Numbered from the stretch's first letter, positions 39,802 to 48,196 are shown. The stretch: DNA of 49,412 nt from Bdellovibrionales bacterium (GCA_043728195.1 JAYTMU010000004.1:1-49412), one strand, 5' to 3'. Numbers and translations: made by a program. Notes: generated from the letters alone by a model not told the origin.

Positions 39802-41448
39802 TCAATCGGCCATTAAGTCGCGCCAGTACCGCGGCGAATTCGCACTTACCGAGCCTGATGCATCAAAAAGTAGGCTCCAGATGTTTGAAAATAGATATTG
39901 CTCTGTTTGCATCAATTTAAAAATAGACTTGAAATCTGCAAGTTGTTCTTTATTCATTCCCTCAACAATGGTGTACATTTGAAGTAAGTGGGAATATTCG
40001 CCATGATCTTTTCCGAAAGCGTCCACATCTGTTGGTATAACAAAACGCCCAAAAGTATTTTTGTGGTAGGGTGCAATAACCTCCCACAAGATGTGGGGCT
40101 CGACAAATTCAAGTGGTTTTGCTATGTAGCCTAAATTTTCTAAATAACTTATAACGCTATTGATCCCTTCAGATTTAACGAGCTTGGTGGTTTTTTTTTG
40201 CCGTGCTGGGTCGTTTAGTCGTTTTGCAACATCTACGACAATGTCATATTTAGTCGATGAGTTGGAATTAGCATAAATATTGCCATTGGGACTAACCCAA
40301 GTCAGCGGCTCAAACACGATCGTTGGTCTTTCCTCAAAAAATGAAATTAACTTTTTTCGTTCGATTTGCAAAAGGTGAAACTTATTTTCTAGCAAAAGTT
40401 TAAATAGAAAAACATGATATTCATGCTTCGCATCTGCATTTAGTAACAGTGGATCTTGTAGCTTGATTTGGTATGCAGGGTTTAGGGTATTCGCCAAAAC
40501 AGTAGCAATATCATGAAGCTTTTTTGTATTTAAGAACTGTAGTTCGTCATCTATGAGTTTATCCACAAGCTGTGAATCAGTAATATTATTTAAATGTTGC
40601 TTAAACTGAGCAGCAGCCTTGGGAATATCAGCAATGAAGTACATTTTATCGTATATAGTACCGTTGATTTTAAGTTGCGCTTCACGACCGTTGAAAGAAA
40701 GGCCAACGCCAACCAGTTCAACATCTGTGATAAAATCTGAAAAAGTTAAATTTTTATATTTTTCCGATTTCATTTTATCAAAATCAATAACATACGAAGG
40801 CGCTTCGTCGCTTTTCAAACTCGTTTTTAAAGCAGTGGGAATTGGTGCAACGAATTTTATTATTTCTACCGGGTTATCGACTCCAATTTTTTTGGCGTAA
40901 AACACGAAAGACGTTTTTGCAAGATCACCTTGAAAATCCATACTTAATTGCAATCCAGAAAAAACGGATAGTTTTCTACGGTACAGAATTTTTAGCGCTG
41001 TCTTGGGTAGTTGCCACTGGATAGTTTGCTCAGTGCCTTTTTCAACAAGCCCGTGAAACTTTGTTGTGTGATCCCCGGGCAGCGACAGAACTTTAAGATT
41101 TCGTGAACTTTGAGAAAATAGAATACTTTGCAACTTACCAAAAAAACCTCTGCCTTCGATTTTAGTATTTTTTAAATCAACTAAATGAAGCGCAAGGCTT
41201 AGCGTATTTGCGTCACGCTGCAAGGGTTCAATATTTAATGAAGGGTAAAAGTCTGCAATACTTGATTTTCTTGATTTCTGGGTCGATTCAATTTGATTTG
41301 ACTGACTGGTGTTTTTAAAGATTTCAGTACAAGAGCCAACTCGGGCTTCAGCTTGGCCTGTACCTGTAATGAATACCAAAAGTGCTAACAACACAGTTAT
41401 GCCGTATTTCGCTAGCCTTGTGACCATAAGTTTTACAACGTTATCCAT
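39802..41448 (-). CDS. Secreted protein with C-terminal HGExxH..Q / W..LFD domain (LirA/MavJ-like, tentative)
   Basis: Signal peptide ending AEA; DHGEYSHLLQ and WSLLFD...SP near the C-terminus. Confidence 0.6.
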   Translation of the reverse strand: MDNVVKLMVTRLAKYGITVLLALLVFITGTGQAEARVGSCTEIFKNTSQSNQIESTQKSRKSSIADFYPSLNIEPLQRDANTLSLALHLVDLKNTKIEGRGFFGKLQSILFSQSSRNLKVLSLPGDHTTKFHGLVEKGTEQTIQWQLPKTALKILYRRKLSVFSGLQLSMDFQGDLAKTSFVFYAKKIGVDNPVEIIKFVAPIPTALKTSLKSDEAPSYVIDFDKMKSEKYKNLTFSDFITDVELVGVGLSFNGREAQLKINGTIYDKMYFIADIPKAAAQFKQHLNNITDSQLVDKLIDDELQFLNTKKLHDIATVLANTLNPAYQIKLQDPLLLNADAKHEYHVFLFKLLLENKFHLLQIERKKLISFFEERPTIVFEPLTWVSPNGNIYANSNSSTKYDIVVDVAKRLNDPARQKKTTKLVKSEGINSVISYLENLGYIAKPLEFVEPHILWEVIAPYHKNTFGRFVIPTDVDAFGKDHGEYSHLLQMYTIVEGMNKEQLADFKSIFKLMQTEQYLFSNIWSLLFDASGSVSANSPRYWRDLMAD

Positions 41449-41493
41449 TCAATCACCTGCTTGGAAGGGTTAGTATTAACAAGCTGATAGGAA

Positions 41494-41509
41494 TGCTAAA
41501 GAAATGCCA
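41494..41509 (-). promoter_or_regulatory. sigma54-like -24/-12 promoter for the 41448 gene
   Basis: Minus strand TGGCATTTCTTTAGCA with exact GG-N10-GC spacing; IHF-like AATCAGTTGGCTA at 41511-41523. Confidence 0.5.
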
Positions 41510-41708
41510 AAATCAGTTGGCTAACGAATAACATGTACAGTGAGACAAAATTAACTAGGTGGTAAAGCCAAAAGTAGATCAAGCGCATTTTCCTGGTATC
41601 GTAGGTAAAGTTCAACATAAGAAAGTGGCTTTTCCGTCTAATTTATTGACGAACGACCAACAATCTTTATTTCAAGAACTGCTCTATTGGAATAAGTTGA
41701 TTTTAAAC

Positions 41709-41724
41709 TGGCATAAGCTCTGCA
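41709..41724 (+). promoter_or_regulatory. sigma54-like -24/-12 promoter for the 41757 gene
   Basis: TGGCATAAGCTCTGCA with GG-N10-GC; IHF-like site at 41690-41702. Confidence 0.55.
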
Positions 41725-41756
41725 GATTCAACGGAAAACCGAAAAGGGGTAAAATT

Positions 41757-42542
41757 ATGAAAATCAAATCAAACACACTCAAAAGCATTTCTGTTGCTGC
41801 TTTTATTTTCGCCGCATGCCAAGGTCAGGCTCAGCAGATAAAAGAGTCTATGGCACTAATCCCAAAGCAATCATCCGAAAGTTATCTTGAAAATCTAACT
41901 TTACTAGATGAAAAAATACAAAACTCTAAAACACAAATTGAGGATGCAGAAAAACTACAGACACTTTTCCGCGTTGAAGAAAGTTTCAAGAAAATCTGCG
42001 CAGACCAAGACTTCGCAGATCAGGTTGTAGTTATTAACAAAAAAGATAGTTCGATGAGTCTTACTTACACATGTTTTGATAACTATGACGACGAGCAGGG
42101 AAAAGCTTTTATTTTTGAAATCGGCCAAAGCTCAGAGCTTGTTTCATTTTCTGAAGTGGCTGTCGAAAAAGAGATTTCAGCCGCAAAAAAACAAGGACTT
42201 AAGTTAATTTTTAAAGAATCTGTCGCCCTAGTGGCCTCATCCGCTTTAACTTATGGAGTTTCAAAAGTACTTTATCCCGGCGAGCTTGATAAATTGAAAC
42301 ACGCCACCATCAGCTCACTTTTAGGATCTGTGATCACAGCCTCTGCGAGTTACTTTTTTAAAGTCAGTCCGAAAAAAGCGGCTTTAATCGGTATCTCAGG
42401 CTGTGGTCTGATCGGGATCGCTAAAGAAATTTATGACTCGAAACGCCCTGAAAAACACACGGCCGATATCCGCGACTTCGGAGCTGATATGGTAGGCTGC
42501 ACAGTTGGTTCCATCGGGATGAAAATTGCAATTGAATTTTAG
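41757..42542 (+). CDS. Exported protein with C-terminal YfiM/VanZ-like membrane domain
   Basis: DKLKH, GIAKEIYD, D..AD..G motifs; AAGGGG RBS before ATG 41757. Confidence 0.65.
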   Translation: MKIKSNTLKSISVAAFIFAACQGQAQQIKESMALIPKQSSESYLENLTLLDEKIQNSKTQIEDAEKLQTLFRVEESFKKICADQDFADQVVVINKKDSSMSLTYTCFDNYDDEQGKAFIFEIGQSSELVSFSEVAVEKEISAAKKQGLKLIFKESVALVASSALTYGVSKVLYPGELDKLKHATISSLLGSVITASASYFFKVSPKKAALIGISGCGLIGIAKEIYDSKRPEKHTADIRDFGADMVGCTVGSIGMKIAIEF

Positions 42543-42649
42543 GTTTTACTTTTGATTTCTATGGGTTAAGTCAGAGTTCCTGATCTGATAGATCGAAATT
42601 GAGCGCAGTGGGCGCAAGCCACAGGACCCAGTTTCTTCGCCGCAGAACA

Positions 42650-42745
42650 ACGGTTGATAAGTACGCTTACCGAGTTGTCTGGTCACCTGATGATAATGAG
42701 TTTGTGGCAACTTGTGTCGAGCTACCCGCTTTGTCTGCTTTATAT
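42650..42745 (+). pseudogene. HicB antitoxin N-terminal fragment
   Basis: VDKYAYRVVWSPDDNEFVATCVELPALSAL resembles the HicB N-terminus; ACG at the expected start; truncated. Confidence 0.65.
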
Positions 42746-42766
42746 ACGGGGTCAGTAGGCGATAAG

Positions 42767-42908
42767 TCTCGGTCCACCGTTCAGGTGAGTATTCGAACTT
42801 TGCGTAACAGTATAATTTCACAAATGAATTTTACAGAATCAGAAAAAATTTTGATTGAAAGTGCAATTTTTGAAGAAATTAAAAAATTTGGTTTATAAAT
42901 CCAGGAAT
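42767..42908 (+). repeat. 142-bp direct repeat, copy 1
   Basis: Ungapped match to 45220-45361 with about 11 mismatches by eye. Confidence 0.93.
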
Positions 42909-43086
42909 GAACCCATACCTGGATTTATTAGTATACAAATAGAAGGGTCATTAATCCAAGAGCGATCCTGAAGGTAAAATCTTGTCAAAAACCGAAATCA
43001 GAGCTGTATATAAAAGATTTAAGAGTTGGCGAATGGTTGCGAATGAGGTCGGCGCTAGTCAGGCCTTTGTAAGGCAGAATGGTTAA
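42907..43086 (+). pseudogene. Degraded small HTH-like gene
   Basis: MNPYLDLLVYK*KGH*SKSDPEGKILSKTEIRAVYKRFKSWRMVANEVGASQAFVRQNG*; HTH-like C-terminus with two in-frame stops. Confidence 0.4.
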
Positions 43087-43102
43087 CTACAATGTATTTG
43101 TG

Positions 43103-43531
43103 CTAAGCTCTTTTTTTAGAAGCCGCACGAATTGGTGAAGAATGAATTCGTTTAGAGCTTTTTATTTTTTGATTTGCTTCGACTAAAAAATTTAAGTTTG
43201 AATCAGCCTCAACTAACGATTTTAAATAGTCGTTTAATGATTTTGCTCCAACTTCGTTTTGTCTCACAACTGCATTTTCGTGCAGGTCTTTACCTAGTCT
43301 TAATGGAATATTGCCCGAAAGCTTCTTAAGTGAAATTGGTGCAGGTGCTTTTTCGTTATGTCGTTCAAGACTTCTTAAGTGAAGAGAGATAGCTTCTTCA
43401 GCCATCTTTGCCGCTTCCACAACTGAATCACCATGGGTGACGACACCAGCAAGCTCAGGAACTCGTGCGATAAAAATCTGATCTTCATCTGACCATCGAA
43501 TATCGACATTATATAAATATTTTTTGCTCAT
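43103..43531 (-). CDS. hicB: HicB family antitoxin
   Basis: WS.ED..FIARVPEL.G..THGDS..EA; SG...LR...LH ribbon-helix-helix-like C-terminus. Confidence 0.9.
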   Translation of the reverse strand: MSKKYLYNVDIRWSDEDQIFIARVPELAGVVTHGDSVVEAAKMAEEAISLHLRSLERHNEKAPAPISLKKLSGNIPLRLGKDLHENAVVRQNEVGAKSLNDYLKSLVEADSNLNFLVEANQKIKSSKRIHSSPIRAASKKRA

Positions 43532-43532
43532 A

Positions 43533-43766
43533 CTAAACTCCCAACTTTTTAATAATCTCTTTAATTTGATACGGCTTTAAATCTTTTGTATGCGTGGCTA
43601 AAGTAAATCTATTGTTCGGATAAATATTAGTTGGATGCCACCATTGCTGATGAGAAGAACCATTTTCTTCCATTTGCCACCCCATTTTTTTAAGCAAAGT
43701 TCTTAATTCACCTGCGCTAATTGTACCGTTTTGTAGTTTAATGACTAATTTGTCAAATCTGCTCAT
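43533..43766 (-). CDS. hicA: HicA family toxin
   Basis: EL..LL...GW.....GSSH, DLKPYQIK; directly upstream of hicB. Confidence 0.88.
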   Translation of the reverse strand: MSRFDKLVIKLQNGTISAGELRTLLKKMGWQMEENGSSHQQWWHPTNIYPNNRFTLATHTKDLKPYQIKEIIKKLGV

Positions 43767-43780
43767 ATTGTGAATATATC

Positions 43781-43819
43781 AGAAATGATATCAAATATCA
43801 ACAATGTGATATCATTTCT
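43781..43819. promoter_or_regulatory. Probable hicAB operator
   Basis: 13-bp perfect inverted repeat AGAAATGATATCA-N13-TGATATCATTTCT just upstream of hicA. Confidence 0.6.
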
Positions 43820-43946
43820 CATTTTGATATTATATTCAAGACTTACTTATAGTTTGAGAGCGTTGCTGCGTTTAGGCAAGTATCTGAAATGTGGTTGTGC
43901 TGTTTTAGATTTGAATACAGATGCTATTTAGCCTATTTCTTGTCTT

Positions 43947-43968
43947 AATATAGCCAATAGGCTATATT
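43947..43968. promoter_or_regulatory. Probable operator of the HigBA-like module
   Basis: AATATAGCC-AATA-GGCTATATT palindrome immediately upstream of ATG 43976. Confidence 0.6.
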
Positions 43969-43975
43969 TTCCTGA

Positions 43976-44126
43976 ATGCAGCTCTTTTAGGGGAAACATA
44001 GCGCATGTCGTTGTTGAAGCAAATACGATGGTTTGGCTTCACACATTTAAAAAGAAAACTCAGAAAACACCCACAGGCGATTTTGAAATCGCTGAAAAAA
44101 GAATGAAAGAGGTTTTAGGATTATGA
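43976..44126 (+). pseudogene. Truncated RelE/HigB (Gp49-like) toxin
   Basis: C-terminal VWLHTFKKKTQKTP..DFEIAEKRMKEVL; stop overlaps antitoxin start (ATGA); N-terminal half missing and ATG 43976 out of frame. Confidence 0.8.
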
Positions 44127-44434
44127 AAAATAAAAAATCATACAAATCAGCCAAGCCATTTTTTCAAAAAATATTAAAAGACAAAGAAGTTCGTATTCAG
44201 TTCGAAGAAGAAAAATCTAAGACTGAAATCGCGCATGCGGTTCGAGCTGCGCGCTTGAAGGCTGACTTAACTCAGGCTCAATTAGCTAAACTGATTGGAA
44301 CGACTCAAAGTGTAATCGCAAGACTTGAGGGTGGTTCTGATAAACGAGTGCCATCGATTCCGCTTTTGGCTCGCATAGCGGCCGCTTGTGGTGGTCACTT
44401 TGAGTTTGGTTTTAGTTTTCCTAAAGCAAGTTAG
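44123..44434 (+). CDS. HigA-like XRE HTH antitoxin
   Basis: AR....LTQAQLA..IGTTQSVIARLE.G...PS...L.RIA. Confidence 0.88.
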   Translation: MKNKKSYKSAKPFFQKILKDKEVRIQFEEEKSKTEIAHAVRAARLKADLTQAQLAKLIGTTQSVIARLEGGSDKRVPSIPLLARIAAACGGHFEFGFSFPKAS

Positions 44435-44574
44435 CGATCGTTCACTACAAGCTGCAACTGCAAAATAGACTCAATTTTCTAGGGGGGCTATTTACAACGT
44501 AAGCGATCCATCAAGCTGCTATGACGGTTAAAAAATAATTTGCGACTGCAAAGCCAACTAACAAAGGAGAAAAA

Positions 44575-45063
44575 ATGAAATCATTATTATTAATTTTATT
44601 AAGTGCTATCGTTCTTTCAGCAACTACGAATGCCGGAGAACTAATTACTGTTCGAGGGCGTTCATATGGTTATATGTTAGACCGTAATGCGCTTATAGAA
44701 GATGCTAAAAAGCATGCCATTGAAAATCTACCATTTCCAAATGCCAAGCAGAGCTCACAATGGAAGGTTGGTGGCGGCAGTTGTACACCCCAATCTATGC
44801 GCCCCCAGTGCCACTACTCGGCCGTAGCCACCTTCGAAAATCCAACGGAAACAGCGCCATGGTATTACAAAGCAACGGGACAGGGAAGCGGCGACGGCGA
44901 TGAAGAAAACGATTTAGCACTCGCTTTAGCAAAAAAAGAGGCAAGAGGTAACGCTAGATGGGCTTGTAATTCTCAAATTGTACAGCCTTCCGACTCTTGG
45001 AAAATTTGGAAAGATGACGTCGGATATTTATATGCCTCAAATTCAATTCAGTGTTTGAACTAA
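44575..45063 (+). CDS. Secreted Cys-containing hypothetical protein
   Basis: AAGGAG RBS; signal peptide; 4 Cys. Confidence 0.75.
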   Translation: MKSLLLILLSAIVLSATTNAGELITVRGRSYGYMLDRNALIEDAKKHAIENLPFPNAKQSSQWKVGGGSCTPQSMRPQCHYSAVATFENPTETAPWYYKATGQGSGDGDEENDLALALAKKEARGNARWACNSQIVQPSDSWKIWKDDVGYLYASNSIQCLN

Positions 45064-45183
45064 ATTTGACCCTGCTGCAAAATCAACGAAGCCAACTTTG
45101 CCTTTGGAGTTGCAGCAGACTTTATGCATATGTCACGATAGAAGTTAGAACCATAGAACCCAAGGCTGCGTTGGATTGAAAAA

Positions 45184-45363
45184 ATGAAACTCGCAGAAAT
45201 TTGTCATGCCCTCAGTAAATCTCGGTCCACCGTTCAGGTGAATATTCGAACTTTGCGTAGCAGTTCAATTTCACAAATGAATTTTACAGAATCAGAAAAA
45301 ATTTTGATTGAAAGTGCGATTTTTAAAGAAATTAAAAAAATCGGTTCAAAAATACAGGAATAA
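45184..45363 (+). CDS. Small HTH protein or gene fragment (59 aa, below ORF-track cutoff)
   Basis: (LRWIEK)MKLAEICHALSKSRSTVQVNIRTLR resembles a sigma-region-4-type HTH; contains direct repeat copy 2. Confidence 0.45.
   Translation: MKLAEICHALSKSRSTVQVNIRTLRSSSISQMNFTESEKILIESAIFKEIKKIGSKIQE
45220..45361 (+). repeat. 142-bp direct repeat, copy 2
   Basis: Matches 42767-42908. Confidence 0.93.
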
Positions 45364-45473
45364 GCGCATAATATAACGAAAGAAAATCATGAGTTTTAGG
45401 TGGTCCGCTTTCTCCTTCAGAAAATTCAAGTACAATGTTCTGGGTCCAACTGACCAAAAAAAGGATTTTTGAA

Positions 45474-46670
45474 ATGAAACTCTTTAATAAAAACATGCCG
45501 AAAACAATTTGGGCACTCGGATTTGTTAGCCTGCTGATGGATACCTCTTCAGAAATGGTACATGGATTACTTCCTGTATTTCTTATTTCTGTTCTTGGTG
45601 CAAGCTACACGATGGTGGGCCTTATTGAAGGGGTTGGCGAGGCCTCTTCCTTGATAATAAAAGTATTTTCCGGGCCGCTCAGTGATTGGTGGGGAAAGCG
45701 AAAACCTCTGGTTCTTTTAGGTTACTCAATGGGGGCGATCAGCAAGCCACTTTTTGCAATCGCTCCAACGCCTTTACTCGTGCTTGGAGCCCGTATCTTT
45801 GACCGAACCGGGAAAGGAATCAGAGGAGCTCCTCGTGATGCTTTAGTAGCTGATACAGCTCCGCCCGAACTTCGAGGAGAAGCCTTTGGTCTACGTCAGT
45901 CACTCGACACAGTGGGCGCTTTTTTGGGACCGCTCTTAGCGATTCTTTTGATGTCTCTAACAAATGGAAATTATCGTCTTATCTTTTGGCTTGCCGTTAT
46001 TCCCGGAGTTCTTTCGGTTATTGTTTTAATTTTTGGTGTCAAAGAACCTGAAGAAAAGCAGGCGCAAAATCAAAAACGTTTATCGTGGAGTTCTGTTCGA
46101 GAATTTAAATTCGTTTTTTGGATTGTCGTTATCGCCGGCGCGATTTTCCAGTTAGCTCGATTTAGTGAAGCTTTTTTAATTTTGAGGGCTCAAAATCTTG
46201 GACTTTCGTTATCTCTTGCACCTGTAATTCTTGTTGCGATGAATATTGTCTATTCGGTCTCTGCGTATCCAATTGGTTGGCTTTCGGATCGAATCCGGCG
46301 GGAATGGCTTTTATTGGCTGGAATTCTAGTTCTGATAGTGTCTGATCTTATTTTAGGCTTCGGAAATAGTCTCACTCATGTTTTTGCGGGCGTCATTCTC
46401 TGGGGTCTGCACATGGGTCTTACGCAAGGAATTCTGGCCGCACTTGTTGCCGATACGTCTCCACAAGCGTTACGAGGAACTGCCTACGGAATATTTAATT
46501 TATTCAGCGCTTTAGCGCTTCTTTTAGCGAGCGGGATTGCCGGGGTTTTGTGGGATAGGTTTGGTCCTCAAACCACTTTCTTAACCTCTGCGATTTTTGC
46601 GCTTAGCGGAATGATTATTTTGGGTTTAGCTTACACAATTAAACGAATCTATGAACCTCCCCCGATTTGA
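45474..46670 (+). CDS. MFS transporter
   Basis: LGFVSLLMD.SSEM, G.LSD..GKRKP, DR.GKGIRGAPRDAL, G.LSDRI; about 12 TM. Confidence 0.92.
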   Translation: MKLFNKNMPKTIWALGFVSLLMDTSSEMVHGLLPVFLISVLGASYTMVGLIEGVGEASSLIIKVFSGPLSDWWGKRKPLVLLGYSMGAISKPLFAIAPTPLLVLGARIFDRTGKGIRGAPRDALVADTAPPELRGEAFGLRQSLDTVGAFLGPLLAILLMSLTNGNYRLIFWLAVIPGVLSVIVLIFGVKEPEEKQAQNQKRLSWSSVREFKFVFWIVVIAGAIFQLARFSEAFLILRAQNLGLSLSLAPVILVAMNIVYSVSAYPIGWLSDRIRREWLLLAGILVLIVSDLILGFGNSLTHVFAGVILWGLHMGLTQGILAALVADTSPQALRGTAYGIFNLFSALALLLASGIAGVLWDRFGPQTTFLTSAIFALSGMIILGLAYTIKRIYEPPPI

Positions 46671-46773
46671 CGGACACTTTTAACGACAGAAAATGTCTAA
46701 CAAAAGGGGAAATATATGGGTTCGACGTACTTCGACTCCGACATATAAATTTTTGCGTAACTCTAAATTGTAA

Positions 46774-47124
46774 CCAATCCCAATTTGTCGGAGGGACCCA
46801 GGAACCATCCATAAAGATGGGCTGGTTGATAAAATCAAAAAAACCGTCGCAAAGCTTGAAGAAACACCGATTGAGTTAAGAAAACCTTTATACTCGAACT
46901 TGATAAAATTTTCTGAGATCCATCCAACAAAAATTAAGGTGGGCGTGTACGCGCCCACTGAGTCTTTTAACTTTGATGATCAAACTCCATTGAAAGCCAC
47001 AGGAACCGATGGTGTCCCCCGAGGGGCAGAGCTTAATTTTAAAAATTCTGAGGTGAAAACGAAGATTCTAGATTTTTCTAGAAAAAGTGCTGGTTCGACC
47101 AGCGTTACGATTGGTGCGCGATAG
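46774..47124 (+). pseudogene. Probable C-terminal remnant of a site-specific (large serine-type) recombinase
   Basis: Open frame 46774-47124 (..LRKPLYSNLIKFSEIHPTKIKVGV..GSTSVTIGAR*) with its stop inside the tRNA 3' end; no catalytic domain present. Confidence 0.4.
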
Positions 47125-47196
47125 GGGACTTGAACCCCTACACCTTGCGGCTTACGCACCTCAAGCGTACGTGTCTACCAATTCCACCAACCGCGC
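47112..47196 (-). tRNA. tRNA-Leu(GAG)
   Basis: GCGCGGT/ATCGCGC acceptor stem, TACGC-TTGAGGT-GCGTA anticodon arm, long variable arm, GGTTCAAGTCC T-arm, encoded CCA; 85 nt. Confidence 0.97.
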
Positions 47197-47359
47197 ATGG
47201 TGCTAAAGTACTTCAACTTTTTTTGCCATACAGCACCCACAGCGTCTAACCACTTGAAACTGGACCATTGGCCAACTGCTTGTCTGCATAACTTAAAATT
47301 ATAGATGTTATTTTTCACGTTTCTTAACCAATCTGGTACTGGGTTTCGTCTTATTTTTA

Positions 47360-47490
47360 AGAGCACGGATGCTCTGACGGACGAAAGAAAACAAAGAGCA
47401 GCTAGGATGGTTGTTCTGCTCGTCCCGCCCTAAGGTTACGGATGACTTTAGGGACGCGAAAAAAAAGCCTTTGGGTTTTGAAAAACCCAT
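47360..47490 (+). ncRNA. Candidate structured RNA or leader with GGA-loop hairpins (CsrB/RsmZ-like)
   Basis: Three hairpins with CGGA/GGA loops at 47360-47375, 47395-47417, 47428-47453. Confidence 0.45.
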
Positions 47491-47507
47491 CAAAAAGGAG
47501 TTTGAGT

Positions 47508-47612
47508 ATGGGCGAGTTGAATGAAGTTTTTATGTTTTGCGCGTTTTACTCCGGTGTTGTTGTCTACTCCCTCTGGATGACAGTTTTAAGCCGGGTTAAA
47601 AACGATTTGTAA
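47508..47612 (+). CDS. Unannotated 34-aa single-pass membrane peptide
   Basis: AAGGAG 7 nt before ATG; MGELNEVFMFCAFYSGVVVYSLWMTVLSRVKNDL. Confidence 0.55.
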   Translation: MGELNEVFMFCAFYSGVVVYSLWMTVLSRVKNDL

Positions 47613-47708
47613 GGTTTGTTGGTTTTTGAAAACGTTATTTGGGTTCTTGGTGGTTCCCCATTAACGTTTTTCAGCGGAAGCGAGAGCTTCCGCTTTTTTT
47701 TTGCTAAT

Positions 47709-47984
47709 TCAGGTAATGCTTCGCTTTCCCTCATCGATTTGTGCGTTTACATCTGTTGTGTAAATATCGACCAAATTCTTGGTAATCTTCTTTTCAGGAA
47801 TTCCTAAGATAACAACTAACTTCCCGATAACTTTTAATGGAATTTTAGAAAGTCCACGCTCAAACAATGAAACGAACTGCATAGATTCATACCCTAATTT
47901 ATTTGCAAGTTCCAGTTGGGTCATGTTTGCCTTCAACCGATACTCGCGGACCATTTGTCCTAATTCTTTATTGATACTGCTCAT
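47709..47984 (-). CDS. XRE-family HTH regulator
   Basis: VREYR....MTQLELA..LGY.S.QFVSLFERG.SK.P. Confidence 0.85.
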   Translation of the reverse strand: MSSINKELGQMVREYRLKANMTQLELANKLGYESMQFVSLFERGLSKIPLKVIGKLVVILGIPEKKITKNLVDIYTTDVNAQIDEGKRSIT

Positions 47985-48196
47985 CTTCCACACCCTTGCT
48001 TGAATTCAGTTTCATTAGCCATTCTCTAACATAGCAATGATGACCTCGTGTTGCAATAATTTTGGCTTGAAACAAAATGTACTAGATCTGAGGTTCAAAA
48101 AACAGTGTCAACTTTATCCTAAATAATGTGAATGTTGAGAAAAATTATCACTGTAGAAAACTTAATCGCTAAAAATTAAAGTTACTTTATTTAAAA

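Larger units (their letters stand above)
42546..47111. mobile_element. Degenerate genomic island at the 3' end of tRNA-Leu (left boundary uncertain, may extend to ~38.9 kb)
   Basis: TA modules and fragments, internal direct repeats, MFS cargo, recombinase-like remnant abutting the tRNA 3' end; no second att copy seen. Confidence 0.6.

Noticed and set aside
41559-41756. N-terminal extension of the 41559-42542 ORF (similar extensions at 3577, 5195, 16821, 30180, 35273)
   Set aside because: RBS, signal-peptide or family start positions support downstream ATGs; the extensions run through promoter DNA or neighbouring genes
42546-46700. Integron cassette array
   Set aside because: No intI, no convincing attC boxes by eye, and genes are in mixed orientation
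38800-47111. Duplicated tRNA-Leu 3' end marking the far island boundary
   Set aside because: No second TGGTGCGCGATAGG copy found by eye, so the island's left end is not defined
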